Shown here piece by piece: positions 1 through 8,863 of a stretch of DNA of 64,000 nt. The stretch covers positions 384,001 to 448,000 of the forward strand of contig CAVYCN010000003.1 of the NCBI GenBank assembly GCA_963767005.1, written 5' to 3'. Every line of letters starts with the position of its first letter. The stretch's first letter is position 1. Made by a program: the position numbers and the translations under genes. Under the pieces are notes generated by a model. The model had not been told where the DNA came from. It was given only the letters and a program-made list of their open reading frames with translations, and did no database searches. Origin of the DNA: an uncultured Actinomycetes bacterium (GTDB lineage Bacteria > Actinomycetota > Thermoleophilia > UBA2241).

Positions 1-1
1 A

Positions 2-67
2 GTCGAGCGCGTGCTGAGCATCACCGACGACGTCATGCGCTTCCAGACGGTGCGCCTCAAGGACTAG
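2..67 (+). CDS. rpsF: 30S ribosomal protein S6, 3' end (partial)
   Basis: Reads VERVLSITDDVMRFQTVRLKD*, an S6-like C-terminus, directly upstream of ssb-rpsR-rplI (canonical order). Confidence 0.85.
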   Translation, partial: VERVLSITDDVMRFQTVRLKD

Positions 68-155
68 CACGATGCAGGTCCTGCTGAGCGGCCCCGGCAG
101 TCGTCAGAGTGCGACGGAGGGCCGGACGAGCGCCAACCGCTAAAGGAGCGAAGAC

Positions 156-581
156 ATGGCCGGATCCATCAACCGCGTCGTCCTGGTCGGCAACCTCACG
201 CGCGACCCCGAGACCCGCCAGGCGGGCGCTACCACCGTGTGCAGCCTGCGCGTCGCCGTGAACGACCGCGTCAAGAACCGCGACTCGGGCGCCTGGGAAG
301 ACTACGCCAACTACTTCACGGTGTCGGTCTTCGGCAATAACGGCGAACGCTGCGCCCAGTACCTGTCAAAGGGTCGTCAGGTCGCGATCGAGGGCCGGCT
401 GCGCTGGCGCCAGTGGGAATCCGCCGACGGCCAGAAGCGCGAAGCGGTCGAGGTCGTCGCCGACAACGTGCAGTTCATCGGGCCGCGCGAAGGCGGCGCG
501 CCGCGCGAGGCGACCGAGTTCTCGAGCGCACCCGAAGTCGCCGAAGGCGACTTCGCCGGTGACGACGACATCCCGTTCTAG
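156..581 (+). CDS. ssb: Single-stranded DNA-binding protein
   Basis: [16 protein letters not shown]-terminus, OB-fold motifs, acidic DDDIPF tail; AAGGAG SD upstream. Confidence 0.98.
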   Translation: MAGSINRVVLVGNLTRDPETRQAGATTVCSLRVAVNDRVKNRDSGAWEDYANYFTVSVFGNNGERCAQYLSKGRQVAIEGRLRWRQWESADGQKREAVEVVADNVQFIGPREGGAPREATEFSSAPEVAEGDFAGDDDIPF

Positions 582-658
582 AGCGCCGGCCGGCCGGGGG
601 ACGGTCCGCGAGGGCATCCCCCGGCCGGCCCCTCCGAGACCAGAAGCGAAAGGCCCAC

Positions 659-925
659 ATGCCAGCACCAAAGCGAACGCGTCGCGAGAAGCGCCCCAAG
701 GTCGGGCTGCTCGCCAGAGCGCGACGCCGCACCTGCTACTACTGTGACGAGAAGATCGACGACGTCGACTACAAGGCCGGCCCGGTCCTGCGGCGCTTCG
801 TCTCCGACAAGGGCAAGATCCGCTCGCGGCGCGCCACCGGCGCCTGCCGGCGTCACCAGCGTCAGGTCGCCGTAGCCGTCAAGCGCTCCCGCGAGATGGC
901 CCTGCTGCCCTACGCCGACCGTTAG
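659..925 (+). CDS. rpsR: 30S ribosomal protein S18 (zinc-binding C+ form)
   Basis: CYYC...IDDVDYK...[34 protein letters not shown]. Confidence 0.97.
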   Translation: MPAPKRTRREKRPKVGLLARARRRTCYYCDEKIDDVDYKAGPVLRRFVSDKGKIRSRRATGACRRHQRQVAVAVKRSREMALLPYADR

Positions 926-934
926 GAGGCCCCG

Positions 935-1381
935 ATGGAGATCATCCTGCTCGAAGACGTCGAGGGCGTGGGCCAGAAGGGCGACCTTGCCAACGTCTCG
1001 GCCGGCTACGCCCGCAACTACCTGCTGCCCAAGCGCCTCGCCGAGATCGCGAGCCCCGGCCGGCTCGACGAGGTCCGGCGCCTCATGGAAGAACGCCGGG
1101 CGCGCGAGGTGCGCAGCTCCGACCACGCCGTCGAGGTCGCGGCCACGCTCAACAAGACCGTCCTCACGATCGGCGCCCACGCCGGCGAGGCCGAACGCCT
1201 GTATGGCTCCGTGACCTCGGGTGACATCGCCGACGCCATCTGGGACGCCCGCAAAGTCAAGATCGACCGTCACAAGATCCACCTCGACGAACCCATCAAG
1301 AGCCTGGGCACGTTCATGGTCGACCTCGACGTCTTCGAGGGCGTCGAGGCCACCGTCAAGGTCATCGTCGTCGCCGAGTAA
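935..1381 (+). CDS. rplI: 50S ribosomal protein L9
   Basis: MEIILLEDVEGVG...GYARNYLLP, LYGSVT, PIKSLG; AGGAGG SD. Confidence 0.98.
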   Translation: MEIILLEDVEGVGQKGDLANVSAGYARNYLLPKRLAEIASPGRLDEVRRLMEERRAREVRSSDHAVEVAATLNKTVLTIGAHAGEAERLYGSVTSGDIADAIWDARKVKIDRHKIHLDEPIKSLGTFMVDLDVFEGVEATVKVIVVAE

Positions 1382-1415
1382 GCGCGGCGCGGACGCCGCG
1401 GGGGAGGGCAGCATC

Positions 1416-2774
1416 GTGGCCACCGGCACGGTCGCAACAGACGGTCGTCACATGCAGCCGCATGACCTGGACGCCGAAGAATCGCTCCTCGGCGCCATGG
1501 TCGTGAGCCCCAACGCCATCCCGATCGCCACCGAGCTCGTCGCCGACGACGACTTCTACCGCGACACGCATCGCCTCGTCTTTCGCGTCATCCGCGACAT
1601 GTACGCGCAGGGCAAAGAGGTCGATGCCGTGACGCTGTCGGCCGCGCTCGAGCAGCAGGGCGTGCTCGAGCGGGTCGGCGGCAAGGCCTTCGTCCACACC
1701 CTCGTCGAGATCGTGCCGGCCGCGGCCAACGTGCGCCAGTACGCCGAGATCGTGCGCGAGACCAGCGTCCTGCGCCAGCTCATCAGGGTCGGCAACGAGA
1801 TCGCCGAGCTCGGCTACGATCACCCGGGCGAGGCGCGCGAGCTGCTCGACTCCTGCGAGCAGAAGGTCTTCGCCATCTCGCAGCATCGTCTGACCACCGA
1901 CTTCGACCCCATGAGCGACATGATCAAGGCGACCTTCGAGCGCATCGACATGATCCGCGAGGGCCAGCAGATCTCGGGCGTACCGACGGGCTTCGCCGAC
2001 ATCGACCGCATGACGGGCGGCTTCCAGCCGTCGAACCTGATCGTGCTGGCCGCGCGTCCCGGCGTCGGCAAGACGTCGCTGGCACTCAACATCGCCCACA
2101 ACATCGGCATCACCGGCACGACCTCGGTCGCGGTCTTCAGCCTCGAGATGAGCAAGCAGGAGATCAGCGAGCGCATGCTGTGCTCGGCCGCGCGCGTCGC
2201 CTCGCACCGGCTGCGCTCGGGCCAGACGCTGCCCAACGACGACTACTACAAGCTCGTGACCGTCGCCGGCGAGCTCGAGAAGGCGCCCATCTACGTCGAC
2301 GACACGGCCGGCATCAACGTCTTCGAGCTGCGCGCCAAGGCGCGCCGCCTGGCGAGCCGCGTCGACCCGCCGCTCGGCCTCGTCATCATCGACTACCTCC
2401 AGCTCATGATGGGCGACGGGAGGGCCGACAACCGCCAGCAGGAGGTCGCCAACATCTCGCGCTCGCTCAAGCAGCTCGCCCGCGAGCTCAACGTCCCCGT
2501 GCTCGCCGTCTCGCAGCTCAACCGCGACGTCGAGACCCGCGCCGAGAAAAAGCCGCAGCTCTCCGACCTGCGCGAGTCGGGTGCGATCGAGCAGGACGCC
2601 GACCTCGTCGTCTTCATCTACGAGCCACGCGACGAGAACAGCAAGGGCGTCGTGGCCGTCGACATCGCCAAGCACCGCAACGGGCCGACCGGGATCGCCC
2701 GCCTGGGCTTCGTGCGCGACTACACCAAGTTCCGCACGCTCAAGGCCGACGAGGCCAGCCGCTATGACTTCTGA
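1416..2774 (+). CDS. dnaB: Replicative DNA helicase
   Basis: PHDLDAEESLLG, Walker A AARPGVGKT, IDYLQL, LSDLRESGAIEQDAD, AKHRNGPTG; GTG start at 1416 after GGAGG; no intein. Confidence 0.97.
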   Translation: MATGTVATDGRHMQPHDLDAEESLLGAMVVSPNAIPIATELVADDDFYRDTHRLVFRVIRDMYAQGKEVDAVTLSAALEQQGVLERVGGKAFVHTLVEIVPAAANVRQYAEIVRETSVLRQLIRVGNEIAELGYDHPGEARELLDSCEQKVFAISQHRLTTDFDPMSDMIKATFERIDMIREGQQISGVPTGFADIDRMTGGFQPSNLIVLAARPGVGKTSLALNIAHNIGITGTTSVAVFSLEMSKQEISERMLCSAARVASHRLRSGQTLPNDDYYKLVTVAGELEKAPIYVDDTAGINVFELRAKARRLASRVDPPLGLVIIDYLQLMMGDGRADNRQQEVANISRSLKQLARELNVPVLAVSQLNRDVETRAEKKPQLSDLRESGAIEQDADLVVFIYEPRDENSKGVVAVDIAKHRNGPTGIARLGFVRDYTKFRTLKADEASRYDF

Positions 2775-3633
2775 TCCGCACGAGGGCGCCGGCTGGCAGG
2801 CCGGCGAGCGCCTGATCAGCCTGAACGGCCGGCTCGTCGACGAGCGCGAGGCCTTCGTGCCGGCCCTCGACCGCGCCGTCACGCACGGTATCGGTCTGTA
2901 CGAGACGCTCAAGCTCGCCGGCGGCGTGCCGGTGTTCTTCGCCGCGCACATGGACCGCCTGCAGGCCGGCCTCGCCGTGCTCGAGATCGCCGTGCCGTGG
3001 GACCGCGTCACCATCGCCCGCGCCATCGTCGAGCTCGCCGCCGCCGGCGGCGTCACCGACGGCGGCTGCCGGGTGCTCGTCACCGCCGGCCCCGCCTGGG
3101 GCGGCCCCTCCCTGCTCATCCGCCACGATGTGCGCGAGCGCCCCGGCGCGCCGCTGCGGGTGATCACCCACCGCGGCATCAGGGTGAGCGGCGCCCTCAA
3201 GGCCATGACGTTCATGCAGTCGCACCTCGCCCAGCGCGCGGCCGCCGCGGCCGGCGCTGACGACGCCATCTTCGTCGACGACGAGGGGCGCATGTTCGAG
3301 GGCGCCACGTCCAACATCTTCCTCGCGCGCGGCGGCGGCCTCGTCACGACGCCGGCCGAGGGCGCCATCCTGCCGGGCGTCATGCGCGCCGCCATCGAGC
3401 GTGTCGCCGAGGCCGACGGCATCACCGTCGTCGAAGCCTACGGCCGGGTCGCCGACCTCCGACCCGACGACGCCATGTTCCTCACGAGCAGCGTGCGCGG
3501 CATCGCCGCCGTCGCCTCGGTCGACGACCGCCCACTGCGCGTCGATCGCGCCATGCTCGAGCGCCTCGAGCAGCTCGTCGCCGACGCCGAGCGCGCCGCG
3601 ACCGACGCTTTCCGCGCCGAGTACCTCGCCTAG
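2764..3633 (+). CDS. Class IV PLP enzyme (branched-chain/D-amino acid aminotransferase or 4-amino-4-deoxychorismate lyase family)
   Basis: DRAVTHGIGLYET, HMDRL, catalytic Lys in ALKAM, EGATSNIF, ILPGVMR, FLTSSVRGI; overlaps the dnaB 3' end. Confidence 0.88.
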   Translation: MTSDPHEGAGWQAGERLISLNGRLVDEREAFVPALDRAVTHGIGLYETLKLAGGVPVFFAAHMDRLQAGLAVLEIAVPWDRVTIARAIVELAAAGGVTDGGCRVLVTAGPAWGGPSLLIRHDVRERPGAPLRVITHRGIRVSGALKAMTFMQSHLAQRAAAAAGADDAIFVDDEGRMFEGATSNIFLARGGGLVTTPAEGAILPGVMRAAIERVAEADGITVVEAYGRVADLRPDDAMFLTSSVRGIAAVASVDDRPLRVDRAMLERLEQLVADAERAATDAFRAEYLA

Positions 3634-3744
3634 CCGAGCCGTCCGGCACCCGGGCCGCCGCGGGCGCCCGGCGCGGCGACGCTTACACCGGGGCGCTTGC
3701 GGGCAGGCTGCGCCCGACGACTCCCCGACAGCGTGAGGTAGACC

Positions 3745-4917
3745 ATGAGTGCTCGCCGCCTGATCCTTCTCGTTCTGGTCGGCCTGGTGGCGGCAGCCGT
3801 CGCCGTCACGGCCGTCCTGGTCTCGACCGGCGGCCGCGACAGCGCGGCGGCCCAGGGGACCGGTGCTGCGGTGCCGGCCGCTGCCACGGCCGCGACGAAG
3901 CTGCCGGCGGTCAAGCTCAAGCTCGTGGCGAGCGGCCTGTCGCTGCCGGTCGGGCTCACGGCGCCGCCCGGCGACACCCACCGCCTGTTCGTCGTCGAGA
4001 AGACCGGCAAGATCGCCGTGATCGTGAACGGCAAGCGGCTGGCCACGCCGTTCCTGAACCTGAGCAGCCGGGTGTCGAAGGGCAGCGAGCAGGGTCTGCT
4101 CGGCCTCGCGTTCGACCCCCAGTTCGCCAGCAACGGGCGCTTCTACGTCTTCTACACGAACACCGCCGGCGACATAAAGATCGTGCGCTACACGGTGAGC
4201 TCGTCGAACCGCAACCGGGCCGACGCCTCGTCGGCCACGGTGCTGTGGACGGTCGCCCACCACGCCCACGCCAACCACAACGGCGGCCAGCTCGCGTTCG
4301 GCCCCGACGGCCTGCTGTACATCGGCGTCGGCGACGGCGGCAGCGAGGGCGACCCTAACCTGTACGGCCAGAACGTGAACGTGCCGTACGCCAAGATCTG
4401 GCGGCTCGACGTGAGCTCGGCGAGCGCCAAGCCCGTCCTGTACGCCTACGGCCTGCGCAACCCCTGGCGGTTCTCGTTCGACCGCAAGACGGGCGCCTTG
4501 TGGATCGGCGACGTCGGCCAGGACAAGTGGGAGGAGATCGACTACTTGAAGGCCGGCACGGCGCCCGGCACCAACTTCGGCTGGAGCTACTACGAGGGCG
4601 ACCATATCTACAAGGTGCAGTCCATCGTGCGCACCCGCCTCGTGTTCCCGGTCGCCGAGTACTCGCACGCGGTCGGCGACGCCGTGATCGGCGGCTACGT
4701 GTACCGCGGCAGCGCGATCCCCGGCCTGCGCGGCTACTACCTCTTCGCCGACTACGGCACGGCGCGGGTGTGGGCCAAGGCCGGCCCCAAGGGCGGCGTC
4801 CACATCCTGACCGGCGTCTCGCAGAAGCTGCCGAGCATCAGCTCGTTCGGCCAGAACGCGGCCGGCGAGCTCTACCTGACGAGCCTGAACGGGCGGGTCT
4901 ACAAGATCGTGCCGTGA
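3745..4917 (+). CDS. Secreted PQQ-dependent sugar dehydrogenase (GSDH family)
   Basis: N-terminal TM/signal; EQGLLGLAFDP, NHNGGQLAFGPDGLLYIGVGDGG, YGLRNPWRFSFD, GDVGQDKWEEID. Confidence 0.9.
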   Translation: MSARRLILLVLVGLVAAAVAVTAVLVSTGGRDSAAAQGTGAAVPAAATAATKLPAVKLKLVASGLSLPVGLTAPPGDTHRLFVVEKTGKIAVIVNGKRLATPFLNLSSRVSKGSEQGLLGLAFDPQFASNGRFYVFYTNTAGDIKIVRYTVSSSNRNRADASSATVLWTVAHHAHANHNGGQLAFGPDGLLYIGVGDGGSEGDPNLYGQNVNVPYAKIWRLDVSSASAKPVLYAYGLRNPWRFSFDRKTGALWIGDVGQDKWEEIDYLKAGTAPGTNFGWSYYEGDHIYKVQSIVRTRLVFPVAEYSHAVGDAVIGGYVYRGSAIPGLRGYYLFADYGTARVWAKAGPKGGVHILTGVSQKLPSISSFGQNAAGELYLTSLNGRVYKIVP

Positions 4918-5008
4918 CGACGCGCGCGGCCGCTCGGGGTGGACGACCGACGAGGGCCGACGCAGCCACGCCAGGCTGAGCGGCGACGAGGCACCCCGAT
5001 CGCCCGCA

Positions 5009-5680
5009 CTACCCGGCGCGGCCGACGAGCACCCAGCTGACGTGCCGGTGGGGCTCGCCGCCGGGGCGTTCCTCGCGATAGGCGATCTCGTCGAGACGCT
5101 CGACATCGAGGTACGCGAAGGCGGCGGCGAGCTCTTCGCGGCTCGACAGGTGCACGTAGGTGCGCTCGACGAACGAGCCGGCGTCGCCGGCCACGGGCCG
5201 CCCCCGGCCGCCGTGCTGCGGGTCGCTCGTCGACAGGGTGCTCAGCAGCAGCAGGCCGCCGGCCGCCAGGCGGTCGCCCACGACCATCGCGAGCGCCGCC
5301 CGGTCGTCCGGTCCGAGCACCTGCCACAGGTTGGCGCAATAGACGGCGTCGAAGCGCTCGGGCAGTCCGTCCAGTGGGTCGCCGGCGGCCTGGTCGTCGC
5401 GCGTCCGGGCGCGGTCGCGCCCAAGGTCGCGCAAGCCGGCTCGCCGGTACTCGATGGTCGCGTCGTGGGGGCGGGCGGCGCGCAGCGTCCGCAGGCGGTC
5501 GATCGCCACGGCGGCGAGCTCCCCGGGCTCGTCGCCCCAGACGCGACCGGCCCGACGGAACTCCTCGTCCCAGAACGCGGCGTCGCCGCGGCCGCCGGTG
5601 CCGGCGTCGCCGCGGCCGTCACGCAACGCGCCCGGCCGATCGGCGTCGGCGCTGGAGCCGGCCGGTCCGCCCGCCGTCAC
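5009..5680 (-). CDS. Class I SAM-dependent methyltransferase-like protein, apparently lacking motif I (possibly degenerate)
   Basis: FWDEEF...VWGDEP N-terminus and FDAVYC...LAAGGLLLLS...HxHVSW C-terminal half, but no D/ExGxGxG loop. Confidence 0.6.
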   Translation of the reverse strand: MTAGGPAGSSADADRPGALRDGRGDAGTGGRGDAAFWDEEFRRAGRVWGDEPGELAAVAIDRLRTLRAARPHDATIEYRRAGLRDLGRDRARTRDDQAAGDPLDGLPERFDAVYCANLWQVLGPDDRAALAMVVGDRLAAGGLLLLSTLSTSDPQHGGRGRPVAGDAGSFVERTYVHLSSREELAAAFAYLDVERLDEIAYREERPGGEPHRHVSWVLVGRAG

Positions 5681-6084
5681 GCGCCGGCGGTCTCGAGCTC
5701 AGACGTGCACTGCGGGCAGCGCCGCGCGCCGATCGGGATCTCGCTCAGGCACTCCGGGCACTGCTTGGTGGTCGGGTCCTGGCCCTTGGCGCGACGCGCC
5801 GCCATGTGGTTCATGGGCACCACGATGATGAAGTAGATGGCGGCGGCGATCAGCACGAACGACACGACGGCATTGATGAACGAGCCGTACTTGAACGTGC
5901 TGTGGTTAATCGTGAATGTGAGACTCGAGAAGTCCGACTTGCCGGCAAGGGCGGCGATCAGCGGCGTGATGATGTCGCCGACGAAGGCTGTGACGACGGC
6001 TCCGAACGCCGCGCCGATGACCACGGCAACGGCGAGATCGACGACGTTGCCTCGCAGGATGAAATCCTTGAACCCCTTCAGCAT
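5677..6084 (-). CDS. mscL: Large-conductance mechanosensitive channel with C-terminal zinc-ribbon extension
   Basis: MLKGFKDFILRGNVVDLAVAVVIGAAFG, YGSFINAVVSF; tail CPEC...CPQC; GAGGAGG SD. Confidence 0.95.
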   Translation of the reverse strand: MLKGFKDFILRGNVVDLAVAVVIGAAFGAVVTAFVGDIITPLIAALAGKSDFSSLTFTINHSTFKYGSFINAVVSFVLIAAAIYFIIVVPMNHMAARRAKGQDPTTKQCPECLSEIPIGARRCPQCTSELETAGA

Positions 6085-6166
6085 GAGACCCTCCTCGGTC
6101 GTGATCGGCGCCGGGGCGGCCTTGAGCGCGACCGCTGGACGCACCCACCCGGGCTCTGGCCAGGAG

Positions 6167-6195
6167 ACTCTAACCCGACATAAACACGCCGTAAA
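6167..6195 (-). promoter_or_regulatory. Putative sigma70-type promoter of mscL
   Basis: Minus strand TTTACG-N17-TAGAGT in an AT-richer intergenic patch. Confidence 0.5.
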
Positions 6196-6270
6196 GAGTG
6201 GTAACCGTTCGTCGCCGGCGCTTCCCGGCGACGCGGCCATCACTACGTGGCCGTCGTCACGCCGCCGTCG

Positions 6271-6780
6271 CTACGTGCCGGACGGAGGAGAACCCGAGGC
6301 CGTGGGCGACGGGCTGGAAGCCCCCGGAGTGAGCGGATGCACGCGGCCCACGCCCGTGTCGAGGCCGTCGCGCACGCCGCGCACGTACCAGAGGAACGCC
6401 TGGTTCAACTGCAGCCCGACGGGCGGCGTCGCGTGACCGTCGGCGTAGACCCAGCTCGCCGCCGCGTGCCCGTCGGCGATGGAGAGCCGCAGCGCCGGCC
6501 CGTCGGAGCGCAGGACCGTCACCTCGGCCGTCGCGGGCTGCGACGTGTCGAGCGTCTCCTTCTCCATGCCGCTGATCCAGGCAGCGAGCTCAGAGGGCGG
6601 GTGGGACACGACGCCCGAGACGACCTGCCCGGCCGTGACCGAGCGGAACGCGAGGCCAGTGATCTCGGTCGAGGTGAGCTGGAACGGGTAGTCGTCGCGC
6701 ACGTAGTACCAGATGCCGATCGCCACCAGCGCGACGGTGAGCGCGACGCCCACCCACACCACCGCCTGCCGCAGTCTCAT
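6271..6780 (-). CDS. Hypothetical protein with N-terminal TM anchor
   Basis: Hydrophobic N-terminus (AVVWVGVALTVALVAIGIWYYV), GC3-biased codons, Ser/Pro tail. Confidence 0.65.
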   Translation of the reverse strand: MRLRQAVVWVGVALTVALVAIGIWYYVRDDYPFQLTSTEITGLAFRSVTAGQVVSGVVSHPPSELAAWISGMEKETLDTSQPATAEVTVLRSDGPALRLSIADGHAAASWVYADGHATPPVGLQLNQAFLWYVRGVRDGLDTGVGRVHPLTPGASSPSPTASGSPPSGT

Positions 6781-6819
6781 GCCGCGCGCGCTCCCGCCGG
6801 CTCCGCACCCGCGGCCCGG

Positions 6820-7695
6820 CTAGCCCCGGCCGGTGAGTCGGCGACGCGCATCGGCGTACTTGGCGGCCGTCTTTTCGACGATCTCGTCGGGCAGCGCCGG
6901 CCCCGGTGCCTTCTTGTTCCAGTCGAGGGTCTCGAGGTAGTCGCGCACGAACTGCTTGTCGAAGCTCGGCTGGGCCTGGCCAGGCGTGTAGCCGTCGACC
7001 GGCCAGAACCGCGACGAGTCGGGGGTCATGGCCTCGTCGATCAGCAGCAACTCGCCGCTGCGCACGCCGAACTCGAACTTGGTGTCGGCGATGATGATGC
7101 CGTGCTCCAGGGCGTAGGCCGCGCCGAGCTCGTACAGGGCGATGGCCGCGTCGCGCACGCGTCCGGCGAGGTCGGCGCCGATCAGGCCGGCCACGTCGTC
7201 GAACGAGATGTTCTCGTCGTGGGTGCCCACGGCGGCCTTGGTCGAGGGCGCGAAGATGGTCCGCGGCAGCCGGCTGCCGTCGACGAGACCGGCCGGCAGC
7301 TCGATGCCGCAGACACTGCCGCTGCGCTCGTAGTCCTTCAGGCCGGAGCCGGTGAGGTAGCCGCGCACGATAGCCTCGACCGGCAGCGGCTCACAGCGCC
7401 GCACGGCGACCGAGCGTCCCTGCAGGTGCGCCTTCTCCGGGCGATTCGCGAACGGCTCGGGGTCGACCACGTGGTTGGGGATGATGTCCGCCGTCCGCTC
7501 GAACCAGAAGTTCGAGAGCTGGGTGAGGACCTCGCCCTTGCCGGGGATGGGGGTCGGCAGGATCACGTCGAACGCCGAGATACGGTCGGTCGCGACGATC
7601 ACGAGCGTGTCGTCGCCGACGGCGTAGATGTCGCGCACCTTGCCACGGCTCACGAGCCGCAGATCGGTCTCGCTGGTCTCAAAGAGCGCCTTCAC
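6820..7695 (-). CDS. purC: SAICAR synthetase
   Basis: RGKVRDIY, TDRISAFDV, EAIVRGYLTGSG, ADTKFEFG, DEAMTPDSSRFW, SFDKQFVRDYL; GTG start after AGGGGGAG. Confidence 0.97.
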   Translation of the reverse strand: MKALFETSETDLRLVSRGKVRDIYAVGDDTLVIVATDRISAFDVILPTPIPGKGEVLTQLSNFWFERTADIIPNHVVDPEPFANRPEKAHLQGRSVAVRRCEPLPVEAIVRGYLTGSGLKDYERSGSVCGIELPAGLVDGSRLPRTIFAPSTKAAVGTHDENISFDDVAGLIGADLAGRVRDAAIALYELGAAYALEHGIIIADTKFEFGVRSGELLLIDEAMTPDSSRFWPVDGYTPGQAQPSFDKQFVRDYLETLDWNKKAPGPALPDEIVEKTAAKYADARRRLTGRG

Positions 7696-7838
7696 GTGCC
7701 GTCTCCCCCTTCTCACCGTTGTCGGGCGGTCGGTCGCGAGCGGGCGCGCGCGGCGCGGCGCCCGGCTCGTGAGCAGACCCTACCACGCGCTCGCCGGGCG
7801 GCGATCACGGACGCCGCGGCGCGCCGGACGCGCGGCGG

Positions 7839-8753
7839 TCACAGCATGCGTTCGAGGAGCGGCAGCAGCGCGACGCCCAGCACGACCGCCGGGTACAGGC
7901 TGGCGCTGTCGAAGTAGGCGGCCGCCGCGGCGACGTCGGGCCGGTGCCAGAGCCGCGCCCCCGGCCAGGCCACCACGAGCACGCCCGCGACGACGGCCAG
8001 GTCGTTCACCATGACGCCGCCGGTGGGCAGCGGGATGGTCGCGATCAAGGCCGCGAAGCCCAGGGCCCCGGCGGCGCGCGCGACGGCGACCGGTCCGTGG
8101 ACGGCGGCGAGGCTGCGCGCCGGCCACCCCGCTGCCTCGTGTCGCGCCAGGCCGTCGGCGATGTCACAGCAGCCGACGGCCCAGATCACGAGGAACGCGA
8201 CGACGGTCAGGGCCCGAGGCGAGAGCGACGCCACGGCCGACCAGCCGGCCAGGCCGGCCGCCCCGGCGGCCAGGCCCGTGGCCGCCGTCCGCCGTTCGGG
8301 AGCGAGCGACGGCAGGCAGCCGAGCACCTCGAGGCCGGCGGCGACGGCGTAGAACGCCAGGCAGAGCGGCGACAGCGTCAGGGCGAGCAGCCCGCCGAGC
8401 GTCGCCAGCGCGGTCAGGCCCGCGAGCGGCGCGGCCGGCGGCCGGCCGCGGCGCGCGTCCCACACGAGTACCGCGTGCGGCGCGCCGGCGACGCGCGGTG
8501 CGGCCGCGACGGCCGCGCGCCGCAGCAGGCGCTCGCGCAACGAGAAGACCGCATACGACCCGGCGAGCGCCGCGAGCAGGCCGACGAGCGCGACGCGCGC
8601 GCTCGGCAGGTCGCCGCGGGCCAGCACCGCCGCGAGGGCGGGCGGCGTCGTGGCGAGTAGCGCCTTGCGCGCCGGCGAGACGCGCAACCGCGCGACCCGG
8701 CCGCGCAGGTCGCCGGGGTCGCTCGAGAGCGCCGCTGCCGGCTGTCGACTTAT
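7839..8753 (-). CDS. UbiA-family prenyltransferase-like membrane protein with degenerate Asp-rich motifs
   Basis: Multi-TM; GLLAALAGSYAVFSL and final YFDSASLYP resemble UbiA/MqnP-like proteins. Start uncertain: ATA at 8753 after GAGGAGGT, or TTG at 8687. Confidence 0.6.
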   Translation of the reverse strand: MSRQPAAALSSDPGDLRGRVARLRVSPARKALLATTPPALAAVLARGDLPSARVALVGLLAALAGSYAVFSLRERLLRRAAVAAAPRVAGAPHAVLVWDARRGRPPAAPLAGLTALATLGGLLALTLSPLCLAFYAVAAGLEVLGCLPSLAPERRTAATGLAAGAAGLAGWSAVASLSPRALTVVAFLVIWAVGCCDIADGLARHEAAGWPARSLAAVHGPVAVARAAGALGFAALIATIPLPTGGVMVNDLAVVAGVLVVAWPGARLWHRPDVAAAAAYFDSASLYPAVVLGVALLPLLERML

Positions 8754-8823
8754 CCCGACCTCCTCGTCGTCACTTACGAGGGAGCGTTCCCCGTCGCGCC
8801 CCCCGCGGGGCGCGTTTGGGCGA

Positions 8824-8856
8824 GGCGGGCGGCGGGCGTCCCGCCCGCCGCCCGCC
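8824..8856 (-). terminator. GC-rich stem-loop after sod
   Basis: GGCGGGCGGCGGGCG-TCC-CGCCCGCCGCCCGCC, 15-bp stem right after the stop codon; no U tract. Confidence 0.5.
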
Positions 8857-8863
8857 CGCCCGC

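Noticed and set aside
1416-2774. Intein in dnaB
   Set aside because: Length and motif spacing are those of an uninterrupted DnaB.
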